Shown: piece by piece, positions 26,201 to 39,033 of the stretch | How the letters are laid out: each line of letters begins with the position of its first letter | Position numbering within the stretch: the first letter of the stretch is position 1 | Source: Mytilus edulis | Taxonomy: Eukaryota | Assembly: GCF_963676685.1 (NCBI RefSeq) | Contig: NC_092355.1 | Location: 10,912,001 to 10,976,000, forward strand | DNA: 64,000 nt | Reading direction: 5' to 3' | Translations under genes and position numbers: made by a program | Notes under the pieces: generated by a model | Database searches by the model: none | What the model saw: only the letters and a program-made list of their open reading frames with translations | Told to the model about the DNA's origin: nothing

Positions 26201-29200
26201 TTCTACTCACCAATTGCAATTTCCAGCTCAGCTTATATTGTACTATAGTTTCCTTCTACCATGTCAACGATTTTGTGTAAAATAAGTTAGCTATTAGAAG
26301 CGCTGACACTGCCGACACACATATGCGACATGAATGCAACAAAAATAAAGAGGGTACGGTAACGTTAAATCGTTTACGGGCGAAGAATTATTTTCCGTTT
26401 TTAATTAAACTTGTCAGATTTGATTAATTATCGTCGAAAAATGTCCCTAATGGATAGTCATTCAAATTAAACCAGCTTTATTATGCTGTATGCATGTAAT
26501 ATATATGTAACCTGGTCTTTAAATGTACTTTAAGTACAGTGTCTGACGTATTTATAAACATTTTCTTGATTATTTATCCTATTTCAAATATTAATTTGAA
26601 TGAATTTATAAGCCTTTTTCTGCTATAATATTCAAACTTTATTTTTTAACGAAGGCTTCTGGTATGTAGTTTTTTTTACAAAAGGCCCTCGAATTATAGA
26701 CACATTAAAAAATAAAGATGGAAAGTCAAACGCATGAGTCTGGCAAAAATAAAGTTAACGGACAATCATGTCATGACAATAAACGGAAAACGATAAAAGA
26801 CAGAGTTATATCTATATATTTTTTTCCCTTCCTCAAATTTACTCAAATGCAATTTATATAGGTAACATAAAAAGATAAATGATAATGCATTCATTTACAA
26901 TATTTAAAAATAGTTACATCTTAAATTTAATTTAACATATTAAGATCACGTTTTCAAGTGTTCACGGCCGACATCCGTGATTATTAAATAAGGGTGTAAA
27001 AATGAATGACAAATTCTTCACCACGTACGGCAGTTTGTAATTGCATATAAAACGTATTGCAATCAGTTGTAAACCATTAAATATAAAGGTTCAGGTGCTT
27101 ATATTCAATAATCAAATATTATTTCGGCAATCTGTTGATTTTTTTTAGTCAATTCGCGGCGATTTGTGCAGCAGTATGACTTTGAGCTACTTTTTTTATT
27201 TATATAATTATAAAACAGTGTTAAATAATTAAATAGGAAGAAGTTAGAATTCAAATTGAATATTTGTTTTATTTAAATAACATGATTAAGGGGACGTGGT
27301 AGACTTTCAGTTAAAAAATCGTCTTCTTTCACAGTTTTATTTTATTCTTGAAAGGGGAGCAACCCCTGATAAATAATGGGAAAGTTTCACTCGTTTTGTG
27401 TCCAAATTATTAAAATCTGAACACGACTGGACACGGTCTGACAACATCTTGATGTCAGTTTGTATCCATGGTCTGTTTTGGTCTGACACGGTCTTAACGG
27501 ATCTAAACAGCTCGCTAGAAGATACAGTCTTAAATATCTTGACATGCCTTAACGGGACTAATTTACCTAATGAGACTATCGATCCGAATGGAGACTTAAC
27601 GAACTGACAAATCTTGACGTTTTCCTCTAGCGGTAAATCCAGTCAATTAAGATACGATCAGACCAAAATGACCGTTTCAGACTGAAATCGTGCTACTAGT
27701 GTATTGAATACATTTACGTCCTTTCAACTATAAATAGTTATTACACTACACATTTGTGTTCCGTATAATAAAGTTAGTTTATCCTTTTAAAAAGCGTAAC
27801 GAAATAACACACAATTATATGGAGTTGTTTTCTGTCAAAACGATAGACCCTCCTTTTGAAAAAAAAAAATAAGAAAGAATAAACCGGACGATACCATGTT
27901 TCAATGAAAATTTATTCAAGACAACAGAATGGAATAAAAGTGCGGTCGATAAAATAAGATGCCAACTCTGCAAATGATTGAAGTTTAAAACAATCGCAAA
28001 TAGCATAACCGCATGAGTGTACAGTACTAATGAAAGATGACGAATAATTTTGAAATGAATACTTTTGGATAACTAATTGACCATTAAAAGCACCATGTTC
28101 ATTTTTATAAACAGGTAATAGTTATACTGTCATCAGCGTAGTAATATAGATCTAAGTATTGCTTTCATCAATAATTAGATTTAAAATGGGATATTTTAGA
28201 CATTTCCTTTTATGTGTTTATCATCCTAAAAAAATCGTGATTCATTTCCCAATAATTGTAAAAACAAGTTTTTGTATCTGATGTTGTATTTTAAACTAAA
28301 TATCCCTAGTATAACATAATATGCACGTTCATATTGATATCAAAGAGAAATACATTTTCATGTTCAATGATATATACATAATCAAAAGCTCGAATGACTT
28401 GTAGTTTAACTCCGTTTATTATCCTTTTTTCCTTTTGTTGAAATTGTGTTGTAGTCCTCTGAAATGTTAATTTAGTAATGTTGTTATGTACTTGTAACTG
28501 CATTTCATTCTTATTATTTGTATCGATTTAAGTGTGAAGAAATGTTTATACACGACTCAACTTATAGGTAAGATGTTAAGTTGCAAGACAACAATTATAT
28601 CCCATATTTAAATCGCCTTGTACTTATCTTTTATTAACATTAAAGTATTGGTAGAAAGTAATAAGAACATGGAAGACCTATAGCAATGGCAATGTTATAT
28701 ATTAGTATATCTAACAGACACTCTTTTTTATTAGTGTTAGAGATTAGTAGTATGAGTTAGGCCACGCATTACATGACGCGATAAAAAGATTCTTTTCAAA
28801 GTTTTACGATGTGTTCTACGTTATTCTCTTACCATAAAACACGACCTGTGAGAACAGACGTTGACAGTGATACAATATATTCGGGACTTTAATGTCAGGC
28901 AACCCAACGTCATTAACAACAAAAGACATATAGTTGTCTATATACAGTACTGAATACGCTCGATTGTGATAATATAACATGTAGAGAGCGAACATTGTTT
29001 CTAAATGAACGAAAATCAAATCATGACCGTGTTTTTAATATGTGAAAAAATACACAGTTCAGTACCCGCCATTCTGATTTCTTCTTTAAGATGTTATGCT
29101 TATTATTTGTATCTCAATTACATTTCGTGTTGCGTAATCTTTAGTTTTCCATGTTGTCTCGTGTTTTTTGATTTTTTTGTTTGTCTTTTTTATTGTTTAG

Positions 29201-30453
29201 CCATGGCGTTGTCAGTTTATTTTCGATCTATGAGTTTGACTGTGCCTCTGGTAACAGTCAGTGACATTACTTACAATGTTCATTAGATTAGTATACTGAT
29301 ATTAATATGTTGTTAAAAATCGTATAGTACAACTTCCATATATATGGGTGAGGGATAATTTTTTGTTTTTCGTTCATTTTTTAAATAAGTTAGGCCGTTA
29401 GTTTTCTCGTTTGAATTGTTTTATATTGTCATAATATAAGACCAGTGACACAACTAACAATCCTCATATACTTATTATATAAATACTAGTCTTGTTAGAC
29501 ATTATATAATACAACTTCATATAGAGATGGGGATTATTTTGTTCTTTTGTTTGGCGTCTTTGTGCTATCACATTGCAGTATATATATAGCATTTCTTCAT
29601 CTTCAATAATTGAATCATAAAACACTTACTGTAACTGATGGTAATATCTACCTATTTCTATATAAGTGGCACAGTATGATTAATCTATTGGTTTGTAATT
29701 TAACAGCAAATTATTACTTTTGTAATGGAACGTTTGAACCCCATCAATAATGGTTTATCTTGTTCGTACATAGTAAATTAATAATAAAAGGAAGTGACTT
29801 CTTTCTCTAATATAACAGCACAGTAGTATCCGACGTCATTGAGGACAAACGCTGTAAAAATAAAACAACATAAATGAAGACGTTTCATCCCAAATTGATA
29901 TCCTACGTCATATTCAAACTCATAAAAATGCCAGGGTTATAATATGTTCTGATCGATTCAGGTTTCATATAGATTAGAATCATAAGGAGAATTTAAATCA
30001 ACACACATGGAACGTCGTATTATTATTATATGAATTTAAAAGCAAGGAGGGCGTTCCATTTCATGTTGCGACGGTTTGTAATGATTTGATTATAATATGT
30101 TTTACAATTCCAGTGTTTAGCTTGAATTTTATCATGTGTAGTATGGTTAAACCGAATAACATATTCTTTTGGTTGACGCATTTTATATTTAAGGATCGGA
30201 GACATACAAAGGCTCACTTGTGTAACAACTTTATTTAATGAGAACTGACGCGGTAAACGCAATCTGTTTGCGATATTTGGGATATCTCTAAAACCATTTG
30301 TGAGTGAAATTGATCATCGATTGAACAATTTTAAGCCAACAATTCAACTTTTTGAATTTACATGGGACAACAGATCTTTAATAAATACATGCTACAAGTA
30401 ACAGATGTAATACACAGATCTTTGGGAAACTCGTATTCTAATGAATCACCTAA

Positions 30454-30730
30454 AACGTAAAATCGCAAAAATACTGAACTTAGAGGAAAATCAATTCGGA
30501 AAGTCCATAATCACATGGCAAAATCAATTAACAAAACGCACCAAAAACGAATTGACAAGAACTGTCATATTCCTGACTTGGTAGAGGCATTTTTAAATGT
30601 AAAAAATGGTTGATTAAACCTGATTTTCTAGCGCTAACCCTCTCACTTTGACAGTCTCATCAAATTTCGTTTTATTTACATTGATGCGTTAACTAAACAG
30701 ACACAATAAATAAAATAGTCAAAATAGTTA
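30454..30730 (+). repeat. Dispersed repeat (AAAATACTGAACT..GAGGAAAAT..CGGAAAGTCC family)
   Basis: Related copies at ~40670-40830 and inverted at ~38035-38095. Confidence 0.7.
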
Positions 30731-31615
30731 AAACAAAATTGAAAAAATCAGATGTCATATGCATTCTCTAAGGTATACAACCTTTTTAGATTGTATTGTT
30801 TCCAATAAGCCCTATATAAGTACAAATGACGTAGACACGAATGCTAGCGCTCTAATGATTTATTTGATCCTCGACTGATAACATCATATCATTAAAAAAC
30901 CTCCAACTTGCATTACAACAAAGTGGATTTCGCAGTATGAGTATTTCTTTATTTATAAACCAACTTTATGTTTAAGAAATGAATTCATCAATATCACAAT
31001 GTTGCACATCAATAGAATACTTTATTTTCACAACTTTGATTGAACAAAACAGTTTCGCTCCTGTTTGGAGTCATTGCGATTCCAAACATTTGTGTTTATT
31101 TATTTAGTGTAATCCTTATTCGATATTTCAGATTAGAACATCGATAAACTACATTTGTCTATGTAAGACATTCGTATCCTTGTTACTTATCTAGAATTCC
31201 AGTCATATTTAATAATCCGTTCTTGAAATAGACACGATCGCTTCTTTGATGTCGTTTATCCCCGTCTTATTACATCATAATAAAGCCTTTACTGGATATA
31301 AAATCGAAATAAATTGAGCATTATCATTAGATCCATGCATGTCTTAAACTATTAATTTATCAAGATTAAAGATTTGAATATAGTAAAGAGAGATTTCAAA
31401 GTTTAACTAATGGTATTTGACATCAGAAATACGAATTTTTAAAACATACTAATTTTTTTTTCATGAATTATGCATAATACAGCTACCCCAGAAATATAAA
31501 ATTACTTCGTATTCATTGACTTATTTTGTATAAGAAAGAGTTCTCAGTGACAATCATACAACATTTTGTTAATATTTCTTCTTGATAAGACAACAGAAAG
31601 ATACCGAAGTTGATT

Positions 31616-31647
31616 TATAAGAGACGTAAAGCGCCTTGTGGATCACT
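31616..31647 (+). promoter_or_regulatory. Candidate core promoter paralog (TATAAGAG + TCACT)
   Basis: TATA at 31616, Inr A at 31645; GTAAGA donor at 31811. Confidence 0.4.
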
Positions 31648-34482
31648 GATCTGAGAAGTACATATGTTTTACATTACTATCTTTAATCAATTCAATTCAT
31701 AGTCTTTGATCCTTGGGTGGATTGTTTTTAATCAATAACAATATTTTTTTTATGTTGTGTTCTCGTGTTATATTTTATAGAAAAAAACAATTTACGATTT
31801 TACCTATTGTGTAAGATGTAAAGTTGCAAAAAAACAAATTTATCACATTTTTTATTCGCCTTTTATTTATCCCTCGTTGACATATAGTGTAATTGTGGTA
31901 AGTAATGCGTAATATGGATTAACCTATAGCAATGAAAATGTTTTATATTGGTATGTCTTGCAGACACTGTTTTTAATTACTGTTAGGAAATAGTAAAATT
32001 GACTCGGCTATAGCATCAACACGCATTAAATGACGCGATAAAAGATGTTTTTGAAAGATTTACGTGTTTTTCTCAATTATTCTCTTACCATAAAACACGA
32101 TCAGTGCGAATACTCGTGGACAATGATACTATATACTCCTCACTTTATTATAAGGCAACGACATGTTATTGGAAAGTTTTTAACTACTGAGCACGCGGAA
32201 AACAAATTATTATAAGAAATAATTTCTTGGATTTTTTAAGGATTTTAAAAACAGACAAACATATTGAATCAGAAAACCTCTTTTATCATGTGATATTGTT
32301 ACAATATTATCAAGCTGATTTTCAAGAATTTATCATTCACTTTGTCTAATTTAACAAATTTAAGAGACTGTTGTCAAGTGATTTTTTTTCGTTTATTCAA
32401 GTCAATCAATTCGTTGTGTAGTTGGTTTGTCATCAACGAGTATGTTCGTATTAACGTTTACAATTTTTCATTTCGATTATAAATAGTTACTTTACTACAT
32501 AGTTTTTTCTTTATAATAACATATCTGTATCAATTCAAAAGATGAGAAGATATTGCGCATTTTTCATCGTAATTGAAAATTATAACGTGTGTTAAAATGG
32601 TGTTTCATAAATTAAAAAAAAAAGAGTAGATTTGTCTCTTTTCACGTTTATCAAACAATATATTGCATGATACAACAGTATGCGGTAGCAATTATTGTCA
32701 TATCTCTGATGCATATATCAGTCTACGCAATTTCAATCTAAATGATAATAATGGATACCGATTCCCTGCGTATCAGCTGATTATGATTAATCCAGTTTTT
32801 TTTACAGTTGAGCAGTTCTTTCTATTAACTTGTATTATCATGCGGAAAGATCATTAAGACCTTCACGATAACGGTTCATTTAAAGTTGTTATGTTTTATA
32901 TTCCGATCAAACACGTATTTGAAAATGGTAAATACAAATGTACTAAGTATTGATGAAATATGGAATAGGTTTACATCCATTATTGAATACATTTACGTCC
33001 TTTCTACTATAAATAGTTATTACACTACATATTTGTGTTCCGAATAATAAAGTAATTTTATCCTTTTAAAAAGCTTGAAGACATAACACACAATTATATG
33101 GAGTTGTTTTCTGTCAAAACGATAGACCCTCCTTTTGAAAAATAAAAAAAAATAAGAAAGATTAAACCCGACGATACCATGTTTCAATGAAAATTTATTC
33201 AAGACAACAGAATGGAATAAAAGTGCGGTCGATGGAATAAGATGCCAATTCGGCAAATCATCGAAGAACATAGTACTTTTTAACGGTATAAACATGTAAA
33301 GTAGATTTAGAAATTAGCGTTTTTATTATTATGAATAATGCGGTTTATAGTCGCAACAATTCATACACGCATTTTGAAATTTATGATATGAATAAGACAA
33401 GATTTTGTTTTCTATATTGCAATATTACTCGAAAATAAAAAAAATGCAATAAGAAATGCACGCAATAATTTCAATATTTTCAGACCTAAGGTTGACATGA
33501 TTACGCATAGAAAGACCTAACTAAGATCGGCCTTTTGTTTGATATATACTGACACCCATGGGGATGTTCTTTGACAAGACACACCTTAAATAATGCAATA
33601 TCTGTAGCTTAATCGCAATTGAAAATAAAAACTGGAAACAAAATGTTCCTTCTTACAAAAATTACTGAAGAAGATTAATCTCTTTCCTCATTAATCAGAC
33701 AATATGTCACCTGATACCACAATGTGCAGTATCAATTGCTGTCATATCTTTTGTGCATAAAACCAGACTATGCAAGTCCAATATAAATGATATTATTAGA
33801 TATCAATTCCGTGTCTATAAGCTGATTATGATTAATCCTTTTTGTGACATTTCAACAGTTCTTTCTATTAACTTGTATTATCATGCGGAAAGATCATTCA
33901 GACATTTGTGATAACGGTTTACTTAAATTAGCAATATATCATATTCTGATCAAAACATATTTTCAAATTGTTATCACAAAAGTATTGGTGAAATATGGAA
34001 TAGGATACACGATAAGACTAAGTAATACAATACACTTTAATATGGGACAATATTTGTTTGTACATATAAACTAAGTGTCTAAAAGAATTGCACAAAAGCC
34101 AAACGGAGCTACACATATTCTTGAAAAAAATTAGTCCGTTTTAAGTTCCTTGGCAGATTAAACCCTATGATAATTTCCAATTAAAAACAAAAGCCCTGTT
34201 AATTTTTTTTAAGAACAGACGGAAAACTAAATGATAAAAATACAAACACAAAATGGGGATGCAACGCATTTGCTCTTTTCAAAATATAAAACTAAATATA
34301 ATATATATATATAAATTATTATTGGTTGAATACATATAATATAAAGCTTTTAAATAATCAAAGCATTTTAGTTTTACACAATAAACTTTAATGTGAATAA
34401 TCTGTATGCATCATTTGATTAAACATAGGTCGATTTTTGCGGAGGAAAATTCTTTATAGTTATATTGATTAACTCATTTCTT

Positions 34483-34514
34483 TATAAGAGACGTAAAACG
34501 TCTTGTTGATCATT
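34483..34514 (+). promoter_or_regulatory. Candidate core promoter (TATAAGAG + Inr-like TCATT) of cassette A
   Basis: TATAAG at 34483 and the A of TCA at 34512 are 29 nt apart; the same spacing holds in paralogs at 7970, 31616 and 41254. Confidence 0.5.
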
Positions 34515-34908
34515 GATCTGAGCACTGCATATGTTTTAACGTCATTGGCTTTAATGAATTGAATCTATAGCCTTTTATCTAGTAACTCAGCCCGTGGAAT
34601 TAAAGTTTGAATACATAACAACATTTATCGCACGCTGTTTTCTCCAGTTGTATTTCATAGTAAATGAGTATTCTTTTAAAAAAAAGTTGAGAAAACTTAT
34701 GGAACTATGAAAAATCTGAGTTATATTTTTTGATAGACATTTATGTGATAATATATGGAATATTTAATACCAATAGTCCTATTACTGGGAATATGGCACT
34801 AAGTAATACATTAAATAATCAGATATTTGTCTTTTTATCGATACCAGTGAATAAATAAAATTGTGTTACAACTATTCATTATCGTTGAATAATATTTCGA
34901 AACAAAAG

Positions 34909-34968
34909 ATGGATGTCGGAGATACTTATATTCGTGATTTTCTAAATGACTTCATAAATGATATAAAG
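34909..34968 (+). CDS. Candidate alternative first coding segment A of the GPCR (MDVGDTYIRDFLNDFINDIK)
   Basis: ATG in AAAAGATGG context, 20 open codons, ends at AAG|GTAAGG in phase 0, matching the phase-0 acceptor at 48421. Paralogous to 41678-41737 with no indels. Confidence 0.65.
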
Positions 34969-35563
34969 GTAAGGAGATGTTTAAACAATGAATATCTTAT
35001 ATATGATAGCGTAGAACATTACTAGAACACATTTGTAAGTATGTTTTTTAAAAGAATCAAAATTGTCTAATTGATAAAATTTACAATTGCTGTAAAAAAC
35101 GTCAAATACAATTACCTGTACAACGTAAGAAACACAATGTGATTGAATCTTTAGCATCAACAAGCTGTGTATAGTGGTAAAATAAGGACTACGCAATTCA
35201 AAGATCCATTTCATAGATTTATGTTTTTGTCTCACTCATTATATTACCATGAAACACGACCAAAGAAAAACGTCATGTGTTGTGATACTTTTAAAATACT
35301 CTTGATTTAATTGTAAATTTTGAGAAATCAATATACTTTTTTAAAAGTGTTGACCCTTTTTTCTGTCAATTTGACATTGTACTTATTGAGTGTTGTTTAC
35401 TTATAAGCATGTTACAAAACGTTAAATTTTTCGAAAATCTAAGGAATTTCTTATCCCAGGAATAGATTATCTTAGCCATTTTTGACACAACTTTTTGGAA
35501 TTTTTGGGTCATCAATGCTCTTCAACTGTGTACTTGTTTGGCTTTAAAACTATTTTGATCTAC

Positions 35564-35607
35564 GCGTCACTGATGAGTTTTATGTAGACGAAACGCGCGT
35601 CTGGTAT
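35564..35607 (+). ncRNA. Minimal type I hammerhead ribozyme motif in a Penelope/retrozyme-like repeat (~35420-35650)
   Basis: GCGTCA-CTGATGA-GTTT[TATGT]AGAC-GAAA-CGCGC-GTC-TGGT: intact catalytic core, 4-bp stem II, palindromic stem III, weakened stem I. Confidence 0.7.
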
Positions 35608-38600
35608 ATTAGATAATAATCCTGGTACTTTTGATAACTATTTCTACTGGATACATGTTGAGTGATTTATTATTTGAATACGAAACAGTAAGTTCTTTAA
35701 GCATCTCATTGCTGTTGACCGTTTTAATATCAATTATTTATTTATTTTGTTTTATCATATGTCCGTTTTATTGTAACTTATGTCATCAACCACATGATGA
35801 GGACTACACATTTGTTTAATTCAACCATGAATGAAACGAGTATTCAATCCTTTTTTCTTCTCTTTAGTCATTTATTAATTTCAATTGTCATTTTTTTTGT
35901 TATTCCTGAAGTCTTGAAAATAAATCAATGATAAGATATCTTGAATAAGAACTGTTTGTCATATTTCATTTTAATAAACATAAAGTTATGCTCATGATTA
36001 GGACGTTGATATTCGCGCCAAAAAAAATGGAGCCTATTATTCCATGAATTTTCGTTTATTTATGAAAATCATAGTTTGAGCTTTTAAGTTGTTTTGTCAT
36101 GATAGTTATCAAACGTACCAGGCTGATAACTTGATACGCCAGACGCGTGTCTTCATAAGACTCATGAACCAGACCGCTCGTTTGACATTTTGATGTTAAC
36201 ACTCATTGTTGAGTATTTGACAGTGAACTGCAGTTGAATTCATCTTCACCATTTGTAGATTTGACTGTGAATTGTTATCATACCACATCGCCTCGTTGTT
36301 TTATGAAAACGTATATTTAGCATTTAAAAGGATTTGAAGTTTTTACATATAATTTATAATTATTGAAAATTCAAATGAGAAGCAATATATTTCCTAATTA
36401 AAAAGAAAACAAAAGAAGTTGTTTTTCTTTGGTCAATAATGAAAAAAAGTCACTGATCCAAGAAAGTGCAGTAGCAATTAATTTCACATCTTTACCGCAT
36501 AAAACAGATTCTGTATCATTCTATCATTTTAATGATATCGTTGGAATATCATTTCCCAGTCTATAAGCTTGTTATGATTAATCCATTTCATTTGACATTT
36601 GAACAGTTATTTCTATTAATTTGAATTATCATGCGGAAAGATCAATTATACCTGTGCAATAATGGTTCATTTAAATTTACTTTCTAATAGTAAATGTATG
36701 AAATTTCAAATGTCGATCAAAGAAATATTTTGAAATTGTTATTACAAATGAACTCGGTATTTAAGAAATGTGGAACAAGGTATTTTATTCCACCACCAAC
36801 ATTCGTAATAATGTAAAAATCAACTATATTTCCTCACCGAAAATTACCACTTTGCTATTTTCTTGTGTTTTGCAATTTAGATGTTTAGTATCAAGTTGAC
36901 CTAAGCATGCTATTATAAAAACACATATTCTGTGTATGATTTCCATGTAGTTTTATTTGAGGTCAGCGAAATTGTATGACGTCTAAACTTTGGTGAAATA
37001 TTTGTACCTTCTAGCCTCTAATATGACTTTGTTCTTATCAAAATACTGTCTTTCAGGATAATCTCGTGCAATTATCTTGTAAGTGGGTCTTCTAAATTCT
37101 TTTAAATTGTAACTTGTCTAATAAGGGGTTAGACACTCGAAAGCAATTTAATTAAGAAAGCTTTTCTAGGCCGATTTTTCCAATGTTTTATACAAATAAA
37201 TTGTTCTTTTTCGTTACCTGTGCCCTAATTTCTGACCATAGCCTTCACATGTTTATACCATTCAATACAATATTGGTAACACGAATTATATATATAGAGA
37301 TCAATACTATTTACTGTTTTCATTGTGTTTGATTGCTATATACTATCATGGCAAATCAAATTATATGCAATATATAATGTTTAATAGGCTATTTTTGTTT
37401 GAATGTCCTTATTTTCCATATGTCCAGAAAGTTTTTAGTATATAAATAAGAAGATGTGGTATAATTGCCAATGAGACATCTCTCCACAGGAGACCAAATG
37501 ACACAGAAATTAACAACTTTATGTCACATTACGGTCGAATGTTTACAAACCCTTTTTTCCTACGCTTTTGAGGCAATTTTATAAAACAAAAATGAGACGA
37601 AAGACAAATTATTTTTATTTGATTTCGTATATCAGGCCAAATGTTGGAAAAATATGTGACATTGACCTCCTTTTTAATATTATTAGTAAGCAGGTTGTTG
37701 CCATGGATACACCAAAAAGGAATATATTGAACCATTCAACTACTGGGTATCAGATATGTTGAAAATACTGATTACATACATATGCACATATATGATACAA
37801 ACAGTAGGCTTTTAAAATTAGTAAGAAGGCAAAAAAGAGGGATGGTAAAATTTATGTATATTGCTATCTAACATTAGTACTTATTTAGTGACAAAATCCA
37901 TGTGGTTGTGCTTTTTTCAAGAAAAGAGCAGTAAAACTCCCATTACAAATCAGCGTCCTGCTTTACATTTTAGGAAGTTTTTATAACCATGGAGGTCCTC
38001 TTTGTTGAGCTTCTGCAAATCTCTCACACAATTTTGCCATTTGATTAGGGACTTTCCGTTTTAAATTTTCCTCGGAGTGCAGTATTTTTCTGATTACAAT
38101 TTATACTGCCCACACAGTGGTCGGCGTGTCAGCCACTGCATCATCTAGATTCTGGAAACCCTCTGCTGTCTACCCTTTTTGTTTCTTTTCTATGTTCTCT
38201 CTATGTATACAAGCTCCGTTTCTATGTTCTCTATATGTATACAAGCTCCGTCACAGCTATCAACCTGTCTACCTGAGCTCTAACCACCTTGCAAAATAAT
38301 CCAACTGCTTTATTTCTATGTGGATACATAAAATGTAAAATTGTTCTTCGAAATTCTGTGAACTACTAAATCTAACCAAATAAACGGAGAATGTGTCCAT
38401 ATGGGATACAGATAATGCCCCAGCTTGCATATAACGCTAAAAAAAGTCATTACACAAGAACGATAAAAATGACGTCACTCAAATTCGCACTGGATTTATG
38501 TTTTATGGTATTAAGCATTGTGTATACGTTTCAAAGAATTTAATAGAGGCAAAATAAAATTCGAGAACGGAAACTAATTGTTGGGACGTACTGTACGTAT

Positions 38601-38699
38601 ACGTACTGACGGACGGACAAGGGTAACACTGTTTGCCTCCTGCTCCGCCACAGCGGATGATATAAAAAAATCAGATGTTTTTATATTAAAATTGTACAT

Positions 38700-39033
38700 A
38701 CTCGACTATCCCTACGACCCTTGTATGATACAGTCGATCTGGTCTTGCCAAGATCAGACTGAGATCGAGTATAGTTGATTTGGTCTAGCTAGTCGAGTAA
38801 AGATCGTGTAGAGATCATGAATTGGTCGGAATCATCGAATATTTATTCAATTAGTGGTCGAATTGGAGACGTGATGGAGTCATCAAGAAGTCGTGAATGG
38901 TCGAGTGAAGTTTGTGTACAGTCGGATAGCAGTCGGGAAGAAGTCAAAAACAGGCCCGATCAAGAATTTGGTCGTTGAAATGTGGACAATCGGGATCATC
39001 GAGTTGATCTGATCGCCAGTGTGAACCTAGCTT
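38700..39033. mobile_element. Fragment of a DNA transposon, possibly PIF/Harbinger-like
   Basis: CG/GATC-rich island ending in GCCAGTGTGAACCTAGC; only one terminus is recognisable. Similar single termini near 17895 and 52870. Confidence 0.45.

Larger units (their letters stand above)
9309..27701. mobile_element. 18.4-kb non-autonomous CACTA (EnSpm) transposon with ~280-bp TIRs and 3-bp TSD (TAT)
   Basis: CACTAGTAGCACG... at 9309 and ...CGTGCTACTAGTG at 27701; the first 46 bp are a perfect inverted repeat and similarity continues to ~9590/~27415. TAT flanks both ends, and the empty site CCAT-TAT-TGAATAC is visible in the paralog at ~32977-32990. Confidence 0.93.
2094..27983 (+). repeat. Copy 1 of a ~5.3-kb tandem segmental duplication, expanded by later LINE and CACTA insertions
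   Basis: 2094-3300, 3670-4644, 7269-9308 and 27705-27983 align collinearly with 27984-33266. Confidence 0.92.
27984..33266 (+). repeat. Copy 2 of the ~5.3-kb tandem duplication (lacks the LINE and CACTA insertions)
   Basis: Starts TTTAAAACAATCGCAAATAGCATAAC like 2094 and ends GATGCCAA...GAAG like 27983; head-to-tail junction at 27983/27984. Confidence 0.92.
34130..35090 (+). repeat. ~1-kb block duplicated at ~40900-41870 (promoter/first-exon cassette)
   Basis: Collinear shared words: TTCCTTGGCAG, AAAATACAAACACAAAA, TATAGTTATATTGATTA, GAACTATGAAAAATCT, GTGAATAAATAAAATTGTG, AATCAAAATTGT. Confidence 0.85.

Noticed and set aside
27398-27607. 69-aa ORF
   Set aside because: Falls within the CACTA right TIR and is not conserved as an ORF in the left TIR.
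38188-38250. 32-bp tandem duplication (similar small ones at ~58005-58075 and ~57618-57710)
   Set aside because: Ordinary slippage duplications with no sign of function.
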